49,951 nucleotides of DNA, from NCBI GenBank assembly GCA_039714075.1, contig JBDLKA010000018.1, positions 1-49,951 on the forward strand. The letters are read 5' to 3'. Under the pieces are notes generated by a model. The model searched no databases. It was not told the DNA's origin and saw only the letters and a program-made list of their open reading frames with translations. The first letter of the stretch is position 1. Every line of letters starts with the position of its first letter. The position numbers and the translations under genes are program-made. Source of the DNA: Candidatus Krumholzibacteriota bacterium (GTDB taxonomy: Bacteria; Krumholzibacteriota; Krumholzibacteriia; LZORAL124-64-63). Below, one piece after another: positions 40,951 to 49,951 of the stretch.

Positions 40951-40978
40951 AACCAATTTCAGAGGCACACCCGTAAAT

Positions 40979-41788
40979 CTACGACTCTCTTTGGTTCAGC
41001 GCCTCGACTAGTGCGCGCATTTTCCGCACATCGTTCCAGGTTTCACGTTTCCACGAGGGATTCCGCAGCAGGGCCGCCGGGTGATAGGTGGCCATCACGG
41101 GAATGCCTTCGTAGAAGTGCACGGTTTCCCGCAGGCGCTTCAACGAGGCGTCCGTACCCAGCAAGGTCTGCGCAGCCACCCGGCCCAGGCAGCAGATCAC
41201 CCGGGGATTCAGGATTTCGAGCTGGCGCTTCAGGTGGGGTTCGCAGGCGGCTACTTCGTCGGCCTGGGGATCGCGGTTGTTCGGCGGCCGGCACTTCAAA
41301 ATATTGCAGATGAAAACATCGTCCCGCTCGTAACCGATGGCACCCAGAATCTTGGTCAACAGCTGCCCGCTGCGGCCCACGAACGGTTCACCCTGGATAT
41401 CCTCATCGCGGCCGGGTGCTTCGCCGATGAAAACAACCTCGGCCTCGGGACTGCCCGCGCCGAATACCGTCGATTTCCTGCCCTCATGAAGCGGGCAGGA
41501 CGTACACGGCAATACCTCTTCGCGCAAGGCGGTCAGGGCGGCGGCCTTGTCGGCGGCGGACCCCTTGTCGGCCGGGCGCGCGGGCTGGCCTTCGATCAGG
41601 GGTATGGTCTGGGCCACGAATTGGGTGCAGATTTCCAGGAAGGGATCGTCGGTCTTGGCTTCTTGGGTTTCTTCAGCGGGCGCCGTCCCGGAACCATCGT
41701 CCAGGAACCATTCCATCCCCGCGGATTCGTTCTGCCGGATCCAGGTCAGGAAATCGCCCAGGATTTGTTGTTGATCGTCGCTGCTCAT
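40979..41788 (-). CDS. Family 4 uracil-DNA glycosylase (4Fe-4S)
   Basis: [34 protein letters not shown]. Confidence 0.95.
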   Translation of the reverse strand: MSSDDQQQILGDFLTWIRQNESAGMEWFLDDGSGTAPAEETQEAKTDDPFLEICTQFVAQTIPLIEGQPARPADKGSAADKAAALTALREEVLPCTSCPLHEGRKSTVFGAGSPEAEVVFIGEAPGRDEDIQGEPFVGRSGQLLTKILGAIGYERDDVFICNILKCRPPNNRDPQADEVAACEPHLKRQLEILNPRVICCLGRVAAQTLLGTDASLKRLRETVHFYEGIPVMATYHPAALLRNPSWKRETWNDVRKMRALVEALNQRES

Positions 41789-41800
41789 GGATTTGTTTTT

Positions 41801-43099
41801 CTATCCCTCGGATGAACCGTCGGTCCGGGCCAGCTGATGCAGGATATCCCCCGCCAAGGCTTCCTTGGGCACCGAGGGGCTTTCCCAGATGATACCATCG
41901 GCCCCGATCAAAGTGACCTGGTGATTCCCGTCGCCGAAGCCCGAGCCGGCGGCGGTGGGATCGTTGGCCAGGATGTAATCCATGTTCTTGGCTTCCCGCT
42001 TTAGGGATGCCCGGCCCACCATGTCGTCGGTCTCCAGGGCGAATCCGACCACCCGCAAACCGGCCGGCGCATGTTTCGGGACGATCTCGCCCAGGATGTC
42101 GGGATTGCGGGTCAGGTCCAGGGACCAGCCGTCGCCCAGGACATCCTTCTTCAGCTTGCCGGGGGCGAAACTGGCGGGCTTGAAATCGGCGACGGCGGCG
42201 GACATGATCAGCCAGTCCGCGCCCTTGTCCAGAGCCTCGCCCACTGCGTCGGCCAAATCGGCGGCGGACTCGACCGCCTTGAAACCTGTCAATCCGCGCG
42301 GAGGCGTCAGGGCAACCGGCCCAGATATGAGTGTGACCTCGGCTCCGGCGGTGACGGCCGCCGACGCCAGGGAGTATCCCATGGTCCCGGACGAGCGGTT
42401 GGCCACGTAACGGACCGGATCGATGGGTTCATGCGTGGGCCCGGCGGTGATCAGAACTTTTTTGCCGGTCCAGAAACCGGTTTCCACGGGTTCGGCGGCG
42501 GGTGCGGCCTTCGGCTTGAAATCCTCCACCAGCCCGCGGATGGCGGTGAAGATTTCCTCGGGCTCGGCCATCCGCCCTTTGTCCACCGTGCCGCAGGCCA
42601 GCCAGCCGGAACCCGGCCCCACGAAGTTCACGCCACGGGCGGCCAGGATTTCGCGGTTGGCCACCGTGGCGGGATGCCGCCACATGTTGTCGTTCATGGC
42701 CGGCGCCATCAGCACCGGTCCGGGATACGCCAGCAGCATGGTGGATACCATGTTGTCGGCGATGCCGTAAGCCGCCTTGGCCATGGTATTGGCCGTGGCC
42801 GGGGCGACGACCGTCAGGTCGGCCCAGCGGGAGAATTCGATGTGGTCCAGGGCGTCGTTCGGACGATCTCCCCACATATCAAGGGCCACGGGGTGGCCGG
42901 TCAGAACCTGGAAGGTCATGGGGGTCACGAATTTCGTGGCCGCCTCGGTCATGGCCACTTTCACGGAAAAGCCCGCCTGCACCAGCAGACGGGCCAAAAA
43001 ACAACTCTTGTAGGCGGCGATGCCGCCGGTGACCATCAGCAGAATTCTGGGATTTGTTTCAGCAATTGGTCCTGAACTTGCCGTGGCCTGCGCAGCCAT
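41801..43099 (-). CDS. coaBC: Phosphopantothenoylcysteine decarboxylase/ligase
   Basis: TGGIAAYK, APATAN, PAMN, GRMAEP, TAGPTHEPIDPVR, AAVADF. Confidence 0.97.
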   Translation of the reverse strand: MAAQATASSGPIAETNPRILLMVTGGIAAYKSCFLARLLVQAGFSVKVAMTEAATKFVTPMTFQVLTGHPVALDMWGDRPNDALDHIEFSRWADLTVVAPATANTMAKAAYGIADNMVSTMLLAYPGPVLMAPAMNDNMWRHPATVANREILAARGVNFVGPGSGWLACGTVDKGRMAEPEEIFTAIRGLVEDFKPKAAPAAEPVETGFWTGKKVLITAGPTHEPIDPVRYVANRSSGTMGYSLASAAVTAGAEVTLISGPVALTPPRGLTGFKAVESAADLADAVGEALDKGADWLIMSAAVADFKPASFAPGKLKKDVLGDGWSLDLTRNPDILGEIVPKHAPAGLRVVGFALETDDMVGRASLKREAKNMDYILANDPTAAGSGFGDGNHQVTLIGADGIIWESPSVPKEALAGDILHQLARTDGSSEG

Positions 43100-43102
43100 G
43101 GG

Positions 43103-43345
43103 CTACTCCTCGCCTTCCTGCTCCATCTCAAGTCTGGCCTGGCGGGCGCGTTCCTTCTGGTCGTAGAATTCGACCTTGCCGTCGATCAGCCGGTCGACCG
43201 CCAAGGTGGTGATCTTCCCCGGCAGGCTGACGTTGTAGGTCCGGGCCCGGTCGTTCAGCCGCCGCGCTTCGAGAGCGGCGATCTTGATGGCCTCGAACTT
43301 GTTCGGGATGAGCTTGGTCACTTTATGACGCGGAATGTAAGTCAT
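43103..43345 (-). CDS. rpoZ: RNA polymerase omega subunit
   Basis: NKFEAIKIAALEARRL motif; 80 aa; lies between gmk and coaBC. Confidence 0.8.
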   Translation of the reverse strand: MTYIPRHKVTKLIPNKFEAIKIAALEARRLNDRARTYNVSLPGKITTLAVDRLIDGKVEFYDQKERARQARLEMEQEGEE

Positions 43346-43476
43346 GTGGCCTTCCTCGAGTAGGTTGGGCTAAAAGGGATAAACAGCCAGGGCGGGCGTA
43401 CTTGTCCCTCGCGTTTTTCAACCGATCTAAGCTAATTCATTCTGCGGATTTCGCAAGGTTTTGGTTAAATATCCGT

Positions 43477-43938
43477 CTACGGAGACACGACAAGAAGCGT
43501 ATCAAACGCACTGATGACCGCTGGACCACTTCCGCCGGTCGATTTGAAATCGATTTCGACTTCCCCTGCGTGGTCCCACACGAATCGAAACTGGTTGTCA
43601 TACGGGCAGATGCATCTGCATCCGTAAAGGGTATCCCCAACCTCGATCGAGATTCTGTCCATCAGGACTTCGGTTATTTCAACGAATTCAGGACAGCAGT
43701 TCGCTTCGAAATGGATGTCCAGTGTGAGAGTATCCTCGGCGAAGGAATAGCCCTGGAGATAGGCGTCCCCGATGGTTTCGACAGTGCTCCTGGTATCTCC
43801 CGCACAGCCCTTGTTTATGTGCTCGATGAAATAAGGTGAACTTTCTTCATTTGGTGGCGGGGAAACATCGGAACCACAAGCTGCAAAGACGGCCAACCCA
43901 CAGGCAATTGTTATGGGAAGCAACAAATTTCTATTCAT
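43477..43938 (-). CDS. Cys-rich hypothetical lipoprotein
   Basis: Lipobox FAAC; NCCP and GCRCICPY. Confidence 0.75.
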   Translation of the reverse strand: MNRNLLLPITIACGLAVFAACGSDVSPPPNEESSPYFIEHINKGCAGDTRSTVETIGDAYLQGYSFAEDTLTLDIHFEANCCPEFVEITEVLMDRISIEVGDTLYGCRCICPYDNQFRFVWDHAGEVEIDFKSTGGSGPAVISAFDTLLVVSP

Positions 43939-44044
43939 ATCCCTGACCTCCCTATTGGTTATAATAAGGAATTTTCATTTGGATCACCTTCAAAATCGGC
44001 TGGAGTGCTTTAAACACAGGGAACCCCTGTCAGGAAGCTTCCCA

Positions 44045-44533
44045 CTAGTTGTCGCCTTGGCTCGCAATTGCGGCAGCCACCGACGGATACTGCGCCCTCG
44101 CCGCCATCTCTTCGTAGGCGGCCATCCATGCCGCCTCATCACTGGTGCCTTCGACCATGCAGGCGGTCTCGGCAAGCGCCAGGATTCTCTGCGATTCCGA
44201 AGTCGAACGAGCCGCCAGATCAAGCACCGATTCCAGGAGCAAACATTCCTTGTCCGCTTCTGCAGCTATCCGAGCGATCTCCCTGAATACCAACGTACCG
44301 GACCCGAATGTGCCCATATATTCCGTCGCGCGAGCAATTGTCTTCAGATTATGTTGAGCCGTGAGAACCCGGCTGCCGCCTTCGACGATGACTGCTTGGT
44401 GGTACGGTGCGGAAACCAGGGTTTTTCCGACCGTACCAAGCGCTTTTCGTTTTGATTCAAAATGGGGGCTGGCCAAAAAAAAGAAGATCAAAGCGCCGAG
44501 AATAAAGGATATGGCCCAAATAGCCTTCTTCAA
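44045..44533 (-). CDS. Hypothetical protein with N-terminal membrane anchor
   Basis: TTG start after GAGGGGG; hydrophobic N-terminus; Ala-rich helical body. Confidence 0.65.
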   Translation of the reverse strand: MKKAIWAISFILGALIFFFLASPHFESKRKALGTVGKTLVSAPYHQAVIVEGGSRVLTAQHNLKTIARATEYMGTFGSGTLVFREIARIAAEADKECLLLESVLDLAARSTSESQRILALAETACMVEGTSDEAAWMAAYEEMAARAQYPSVAAAIASQGDN

Positions 44534-44572
44534 AACGTTCCCCCTCGAAACGGATATTTTCCCAATATCTGC

Positions 44573-45166
44573 CTAACCATCCGCTGCCAGCGGCGCCTCC
44601 CCCATCATATTACTCCGACACCCTTCAGCGGTAATCACCGCCCGCATCCGCCCAACGGCCTCAACCAGATCATCATTGACGATCCAGTACCGATACCGGG
44701 AAGAGTACTCGACCTCTTTCCGCGCCGTCTTCAACCTCTTGGCGATGACCACGGGGTCGTCGGTATCCCGCGAGGTCAACCGCCTCTCCAACTCATCCCA
44801 GGACGGCGGAAACAAAAATACCGAAACCAACTCGGGCCCGAACTGGTCGAGCACCTGGACCCCGCCCTGGACATCGATATCCAGCACGGGAATCTTTCCC
44901 GCCTCGGTCATCTCGACCAGCTGGCTCCGCATGGTTCCGTATTTGTTGTCATGAACGTTGGCCCACTCCACAAAAGCACTCTCGGCCACCAACCGGTCAA
45001 AGGTCTCATCGTCGACAAAGTCGTAATCCCGCCCATCAACCTCACCACTGCGAATGGGCCGGGTCGTGGTGGACACGGAAAAGGCCAGCCGGGGATCCCC
45101 CGCCATCAACTCACTGATGAAACTGCTTTTCCCGGCCCCCGAAGGCCCCGTAATCAGAACGATCAT
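44573..45166 (-). CDS. gmk: Guanylate kinase
   Basis: GPSGAGKS, SVSTTTRPIR, GRDYDF, DIDVQG. Confidence 0.96.
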   Translation of the reverse strand: MIVLITGPSGAGKSSFISELMAGDPRLAFSVSTTTRPIRSGEVDGRDYDFVDDETFDRLVAESAFVEWANVHDNKYGTMRSQLVEMTEAGKIPVLDIDVQGGVQVLDQFGPELVSVFLFPPSWDELERRLTSRDTDDPVVIAKRLKTARKEVEYSSRYRYWIVNDDLVEAVGRMRAVITAEGCRSNMMGEAPLAADG

Positions 45167-45168
45167 GC

Positions 45169-46050
45169 CTACTCCAGGTTCTGGATCTGTTCGCGCATCG
45201 ATTCGACTTCGTCCTTCATGGCGATCACCAGCTGGGTGATGTCCATCAGGTTGGTTTTCGAGCCCATGGTGTTCACCTCGCGGTGCATCTCCTGCAGCAG
45301 GAAGTTCAGCCGCTTGGCCACCTGGCCGCCTTCATCCAGGGCCGCGTGGAAATGGCCGATGTGGATGCCCAACCGTTCGCATTCCTCGTTGATGTTGGCC
45401 TTGTCCGCCAGCAGGGCCACTTCCTGGGCCAGGCGTTGCGGATCGATCTGCTCGTCCAGAATCTTGGCCAGCCTTTCATCCAGACGAGCCTGGATTTCGA
45501 CGCCGGCCTGGGGCGCCAGTTTTTCCACTTCGGCCAGCTGGCCCGAGAGGGTTCCCAGGCGCGCGCGCATCTCGTCGACCAGGGCCTTGCCTTCGACTTC
45601 CTTCATCTCCATCAAGCCGCGATGGGCCGCCGCCATGGCCGCCAGCAGGGCTTCGCGCAGATCATCGATCGCCAGATCCGGTTCCTCGGCGCGGAACAGG
45701 TCGGGCACGCCCAGCAGATGATCCAGGGTGACCGGGTATTTTTCACCGGTCTGATTTTCCAGAGCCTCGGCGGCCTGGCGGACCATGGTCAGCCCTTGGG
45801 CCAATCGTTCCGGATCCAGCCCGGCGTCTTCGGGATCGCGGGCCAGATGAAGCTGGGACGCGACGGTCACCCGGCCGCGGGCCACGTTGTCCTTCAGGAA
45901 CTTGCGGATGTCGCCTTCCAGAACGGCCAGGGATCCGGGCAGTTTGAGGCTGACATCCAGAAAACGGTGGTTCACCGACCGCAGCTCGATCGTCACCGTG
46001 ATCGGACCCTTGGTTCCCTCGCCGCTGCCGAATCCTGTCATGCTGAGCAT
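45169..46050 (-). CDS. yicC: YicC/YloC family endoribonuclease
   Basis: MLSMTGFG, RSVNHRFLD, FLLQEMHREVNTMGSK, REQIQNLE. Confidence 0.95.
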   Translation of the reverse strand: MLSMTGFGSGEGTKGPITVTIELRSVNHRFLDVSLKLPGSLAVLEGDIRKFLKDNVARGRVTVASQLHLARDPEDAGLDPERLAQGLTMVRQAAEALENQTGEKYPVTLDHLLGVPDLFRAEEPDLAIDDLREALLAAMAAAHRGLMEMKEVEGKALVDEMRARLGTLSGQLAEVEKLAPQAGVEIQARLDERLAKILDEQIDPQRLAQEVALLADKANINEECERLGIHIGHFHAALDEGGQVAKRLNFLLQEMHREVNTMGSKTNLMDITQLVIAMKDEVESMREQIQNLE

Positions 46051-46234
46051 CTGGTCCTCCACTGGAGAGAAAGTCCTGAGTCCTCGATCGTGCCCGAAGT
46101 TTAGGCCAGAGGGAGCGGCCGGGCAAGACATACCGGGCCAGGTTTCGGGAACTGCATTGTCACGGTCGGGTGTTCCCTCTATTATTGGCCGTACCTGGAC
46201 CCCCGCCTGAAACCTGACTGGAAAGGATACCGTC

Positions 46235-46774
46235 ATGAAGATCTCGGGCCGGATATTCCTGATCGCCTTCATCATCCTGTTTGCCGCCGGAACCGCCGTC
46301 GGGCAGGAAGAACCCGCTGCGAATGAAGTCGGCGAAGCCCCCGCTGAAAAGACAGTCAAATCTCCCTTCAGCTATCCCTTCGGGGTTCGTGCGGGTTATA
46401 CCAACTGGCGCAGCTGGAGCCAGGTTCATGTCGGCGCCCACGTCTATCTGGGAGAACTGTGGCCCAATGTGGAACTCACACCCAATGTCGAGATCGGATT
46501 CGGCGACGACGTGTTCATCATGACCATCAACGGAGACGTGGCCTATCAGTTCACGGAATTCGTCAGCCATCCCTGGGGCCTGTACGGAGGCGGATCCCTG
46601 TCCTTCAACCTGATCAACCCTTCGGACGTACCCTCTTTCACCGACCTGGGACTCAGCGCCCTGGCCGGCACCACCTACACCTTCGCCAACGACCACAAGG
46701 GGATGGCGGAAATCCGCATCGGCATCATGGACAGCCCCCACTTCAAGCTGACCTTCGGGTACACCCTTTTCTAG
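46235..46774 (+). CDS. Small outer-membrane beta-barrel protein
   Basis: Signal peptide; alternating aromatic beta strands; C-terminal FGYTLF. Confidence 0.8.
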   Translation: MKISGRIFLIAFIILFAAGTAVGQEEPAANEVGEAPAEKTVKSPFSYPFGVRAGYTNWRSWSQVHVGAHVYLGELWPNVELTPNVEIGFGDDVFIMTINGDVAYQFTEFVSHPWGLYGGGSLSFNLINPSDVPSFTDLGLSALAGTTYTFANDHKGMAEIRIGIMDSPHFKLTFGYTLF

Positions 46775-46786
46775 GCGCGGATTGAT

Positions 46787-48223
46787 GTGAACGACAGCCG
46801 CCCCTGGTCCGACCCCGACGCCTTGGCCACTCTGCTGGCCGGTTGGCGGAAGCGTTGGTCCGGGCGGCCCGTTTTCCGGGTCAGCGCGGGCCGGGACTGG
46901 CTGCGGATCGGGCTGGAAGGGGATTCGCGGCCGGGGATTCTTCTGACCAATCTGCCTGCCGCCACCCTTGTTCTGGCCCAGACCGGCCGCCTGCCCGGGC
47001 CGGTGGTCGCGGCCCTGCCCGCGACCAGGAATCATCCCCTTTCCCGGCTTCTGGACTCCGCCGAATTTTCCTCCTGCGGGATGTTTCCCAACGATCGGAT
47101 CGCAGCCTTCCGCCTGACCCGGTCCGACGGCAAACCTGTCTATCTTCTGCACCAGTTGTTCGGGGCGCGGGGCAACACCGTCCTGCTCGACGACCAGGCC
47201 AAGCTGCTGTGGTCGCGGCACCGGCCACCCCACTCCCTGCTGGCCGCCGTACCCCCGGCGGAAGTCTGGTCCCACGGGGAACCCGGCGAATCAGGGAATG
47301 TGTCCGATCTTGCCCTCCAGCATCTGACGGCCAAACTCCTGCATCTTACCGCACGGGAAAACCAATCCCGGCTCGACCGGCTATTGAAATCCGCCCGGCG
47401 CCTGGTGGAGAACCTGACCCGGGATTTCGACCGGGCGGAAAAGGGCGACCTGTACCGCCGCAAGGCCGAGGCGCTGGCCGCCCATCTGCATGAAATCAGG
47501 CAGGGGTCCGAGTCGGTGACCGTGGATGATCCCCGCGACGGCGAAGCCCTGGAAATCGCCCTGGATCCGGCCCTGGCCCCGGCGGCCAACATGGAGGCCT
47601 GGTTTCGCCGCGCCCGCAAGGCGGACAAGGGCCGAGACGTCATTGCCGAACGGTTGTCCGCCGCCCGGGCGGGATTGGCGACCCTGGAAGAGGCCGGAAC
47701 CGGGCTTGAAGGGCTTACCGATGCCGACGGTCAACCGGACGACCAGTTGGCCCGGCTCCAGGAATGGCAGGCCGCGCACACCGATCTGTTGCAGCCCAAA
47801 ACAAAGCGGTCACCCGGCGGCCGCTACGGTCCCGAGGAACCCGCCCGCCCCTTTAGACGCTACCTGGTGGACGGCCGCTGGGAAGTCTGGGTGGGAAGGA
47901 ACAACAAGGAAAACGACGAGCTGACCCACCGGACTTCGCACAGCCGCGACATCTGGTTTCACGCCCAGGGCGTACCCGGCAGCCATGTCATTCTGCGCAC
48001 CGCGGGCAAGCCCGAACAGATCCCCAAAACGGTCCTGGCCAAGGCCGCATCCCTGGCCGCGCTGAACAGCCGCGCCCGCCATTCGGAACTGGTGCCCGTC
48101 ATCTACACCGAACGGAAGTACGTCAGGAAACCCCGGAAATCGCCTCCGGGTACCGCTGTCTGTCTGAGGGAAAAAAGTATTTTCGTGGCCCCCGGTCTGG
48201 CGGCCGGCGTGGTCGGCGTCTGA
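46787..48223 (+). CDS. NFACT/RqcH-like RNA-binding protein
   Basis: VGRNNKENDELT, DIWFHAQGVPGSHV, YTERKYVRKP; NFACT-N DRIA...GARGN; coiled coil. Confidence 0.88.
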   Translation: MNDSRPWSDPDALATLLAGWRKRWSGRPVFRVSAGRDWLRIGLEGDSRPGILLTNLPAATLVLAQTGRLPGPVVAALPATRNHPLSRLLDSAEFSSCGMFPNDRIAAFRLTRSDGKPVYLLHQLFGARGNTVLLDDQAKLLWSRHRPPHSLLAAVPPAEVWSHGEPGESGNVSDLALQHLTAKLLHLTARENQSRLDRLLKSARRLVENLTRDFDRAEKGDLYRRKAEALAAHLHEIRQGSESVTVDDPRDGEALEIALDPALAPAANMEAWFRRARKADKGRDVIAERLSAARAGLATLEEAGTGLEGLTDADGQPDDQLARLQEWQAAHTDLLQPKTKRSPGGRYGPEEPARPFRRYLVDGRWEVWVGRNNKENDELTHRTSHSRDIWFHAQGVPGSHVILRTAGKPEQIPKTVLAKAASLAALNSRARHSELVPVIYTERKYVRKPRKSPPGTAVCLREKSIFVAPGLAAGVVGV

Positions 48224-48225
48224 GA

Positions 48226-49398
48226 TCAGCCGGGATATTTTTCCCGCACCTGGATCAGTTCTTCCTGATCCTCGAAGAAGATTTCCACCAGATCGGGATC
48301 GAACTGGCTGCCCGCTCCCTCCCGGATGGTTTTTTCCGTTTCCTCGTGCGTCCAGGCCTTCTTGTAGACCCGGTTGCTGGTCAAGGCGTCATAGACGTCG
48401 CAGATGGCGAGAATGCGCGCAGCCAAAGGAATTTCCCGGCCCTTGCTGCCGCGGGGATAGCCCGAACCGTTCCACCATTCGTGGTGCCCGATGGCCACGT
48501 CCACACCCATGGCAATCATCGGGAAATCACCGAAGTTTTCCCGCAGTCCCTCCAGCAGATCGGCCCCGACCATGGTGTGGGTCTTCATGATGTCGAACTC
48601 GGCTTCGCTCAGCTTGGCGGGTTTCATGAGGATGGAGTCGGGAATGCCGACCTTGCCCACGTCGTGCAGGGCCGCGGCCTGGGCGATGGTCTGCATGAAC
48701 TCGTGGGTCACTTCCTGATATCCTGGGCGGCCGGACAGTCTTTCGGCCAGGAGCCGGGCGTGTTCGCAGATGCGGTCCAGGTGACCGCCGATATGTGGGT
48801 CGCGGATCTCGGCCAGCAGGGCCATACCGCGGATCACCGCGTCGCGACTCTGGCTCAGTTCCCCCACCAGACGGATGTTTTCCAGGGAGTAGGACATCTG
48901 GTCGACCAGCATGCTGCACATGCCGATCTCCTGCTCGTCGAAGGTGCCGGGATCGAGACTGGCGAAATCGAAAACGCCGACGGGCCCGTTGTTGGAGATG
49001 ATGGGAAGGACCAGGTTGTCGGCGATCCTCGGGCTCAGGGGCTTGGCGCCTTCCTTGCCGTTCAGATCCTCGACGTGAATCAGGTATTCTTCGTTCAGGG
49101 ACTGGGCGTGGATGCTGCCCAGGTCGGACAAGGAGACCCTCAGATCAGACGGCACATCGGGATAGCCGACCGAACCCACCATGACCAGGTCCTTGGTCGC
49201 CTGGTCCAGCAGGAACAGTGCGCAGGCGTCGCAGCCCAGTACCTTCCAAACGCCGTTGACGACTTCGTCGTAGGAGGATTCATTGACGGTCATGCAGACC
49301 AGACGCGCGTTGAAGGCCTGCAGGGCCTGCAAACGGTCGATGCCGAGCCCTGTACTCTGGCCAGGCTGCCTGGTCTTCATATTGGAAACGTATGCCAT
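48226..49398 (-). CDS. GAF plus HD-GYP cyclic-di-GMP phosphodiesterase
   Basis: LHDVGKVGIPDSIL, HHEWWNGSGYP, CDVYDAL, QFDP. Confidence 0.93.
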   Translation of the reverse strand: MAYVSNMKTRQPGQSTGLGIDRLQALQAFNARLVCMTVNESSYDEVVNGVWKVLGCDACALFLLDQATKDLVMVGSVGYPDVPSDLRVSLSDLGSIHAQSLNEEYLIHVEDLNGKEGAKPLSPRIADNLVLPIISNNGPVGVFDFASLDPGTFDEQEIGMCSMLVDQMSYSLENIRLVGELSQSRDAVIRGMALLAEIRDPHIGGHLDRICEHARLLAERLSGRPGYQEVTHEFMQTIAQAAALHDVGKVGIPDSILMKPAKLSEAEFDIMKTHTMVGADLLEGLRENFGDFPMIAMGVDVAIGHHEWWNGSGYPRGSKGREIPLAARILAICDVYDALTSNRVYKKAWTHEETEKTIREGAGSQFDPDLVEIFFEDQEELIQVREKYPG

Positions 49399-49510
49399 GT
49401 TCCCGAACGTTCCTTGTCGTTCCTGATGACGGGGGATCCCCTCCCATACGTTCCAATAATCGGCAGGAAGTGGGCTGGCTGAAGGAAATTTGACGTTTGG
49501 GGTGGGTGCG

Positions 49511-49604
49511 TATCGAAATCCGGCCCTCCTGAAGGGGGGATTCGAATAATCCGCAGGAACGAGGACATTTCGAATCCCCCCTTCAGGAGGGCCGGATTTC
49601 GATA
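49511..49604. repeat. Perfect 36-bp inverted repeat with 22-nt loop (REPIN/MITE-like)
   Basis: TATCGAAATCCGGCCCTCCTGAAGGGGGGATTCGAA (49511-49546) and its reverse complement (49569-49604). Confidence 0.85.
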
Positions 49605-49609
49605 GGGAC

Positions 49610-49951
49610 CTACCTCAAACGATCAATTTCCTCCACCAGGACATCTTCGAGATCATCTTTGGAAATATTGCGGTGGAGTTCGCCGTTGCGGTAAATGGCG
49701 ACCTTGGTACGACCGGCGGCAATACCTAGATCAGCAGCCTTCGCCTCGCCGGGACCATTGACGATGCAGCCCATGACCGAGATGACGCGGTTGGCCGGAA
49801 GATCGCGGGCCAATTCTTCGACGCGAGTGGCCAGGGCGACGACGTCTACTTCTACGCGGCCACAGGTCGGACAGGCCACAACCCGTGCAAACCCCTCACG
49901 CAACCCCAGCGACTGAAGCATGTGGAAGGCGGCGGTCACTTCGTGCACCGG
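49610..49951 (-). CDS. ispG: HMBPP synthase, C-terminal part (runs off window end)
   Basis: ACPTCGR, VMGCIVNGPGEA, ADLGIA. Confidence 0.95.
   Translation of the reverse strand, partial: PVHEVTAAFHMLQSLGLREGFARVVACPTCGRVEVDVVALATRVEELARDLPANRVISVMGCIVNGPGEAKAADLGIAAGRTKVAIYRNGELHRNISKDDLEDVLVEEIDRLR

Overview
High-GC bacterial chromosomal window of mostly housekeeping genes: tyrS (partial), aroA, ispD, radA, leuS, mlaDFE, dnaB, udg, coaBC, rpoZ, gmk, yicC, an NFACT gene and ispG (partial). These are interspersed with secreted-protein genes. Four proteins carry a 'PNPFNPxT' FlgD-Ig/T9SS-CTD-like tail and two end in a short 'WGxxKALYR' motif, which suggests (inference) an FCB-group candidate phylum such as Krumholzibacteriota/Latescibacterota. 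No rRNA, tRNA, CRISPR array or transposase was seen. Highlights: (1) a secreted thioredoxin-fold protein split by an in-frame UGA in a UxxC motif with a SECIS-like hairpin (probable selenoprotein), in an operon with a secreted cupredoxin; (2) a promoter plus leader at 3744-3915 with riboswitch/attenuator architecture, whose loop is complementary to the downstream 5'UTR; (3) an OmcE-like ~10-heme cytochrome; (4) a DnaA-box cluster upstream of dnaB; (5) a structured ~107-nt RNA candidate upstream of tyrS, an in-frame Phe-Phe uORF upstream of aroA, an orphan AT-rich inverted-repeat region and a REPIN-like hairpin. All calls come from manual reading of the sequence; no searches or folding programs were run.
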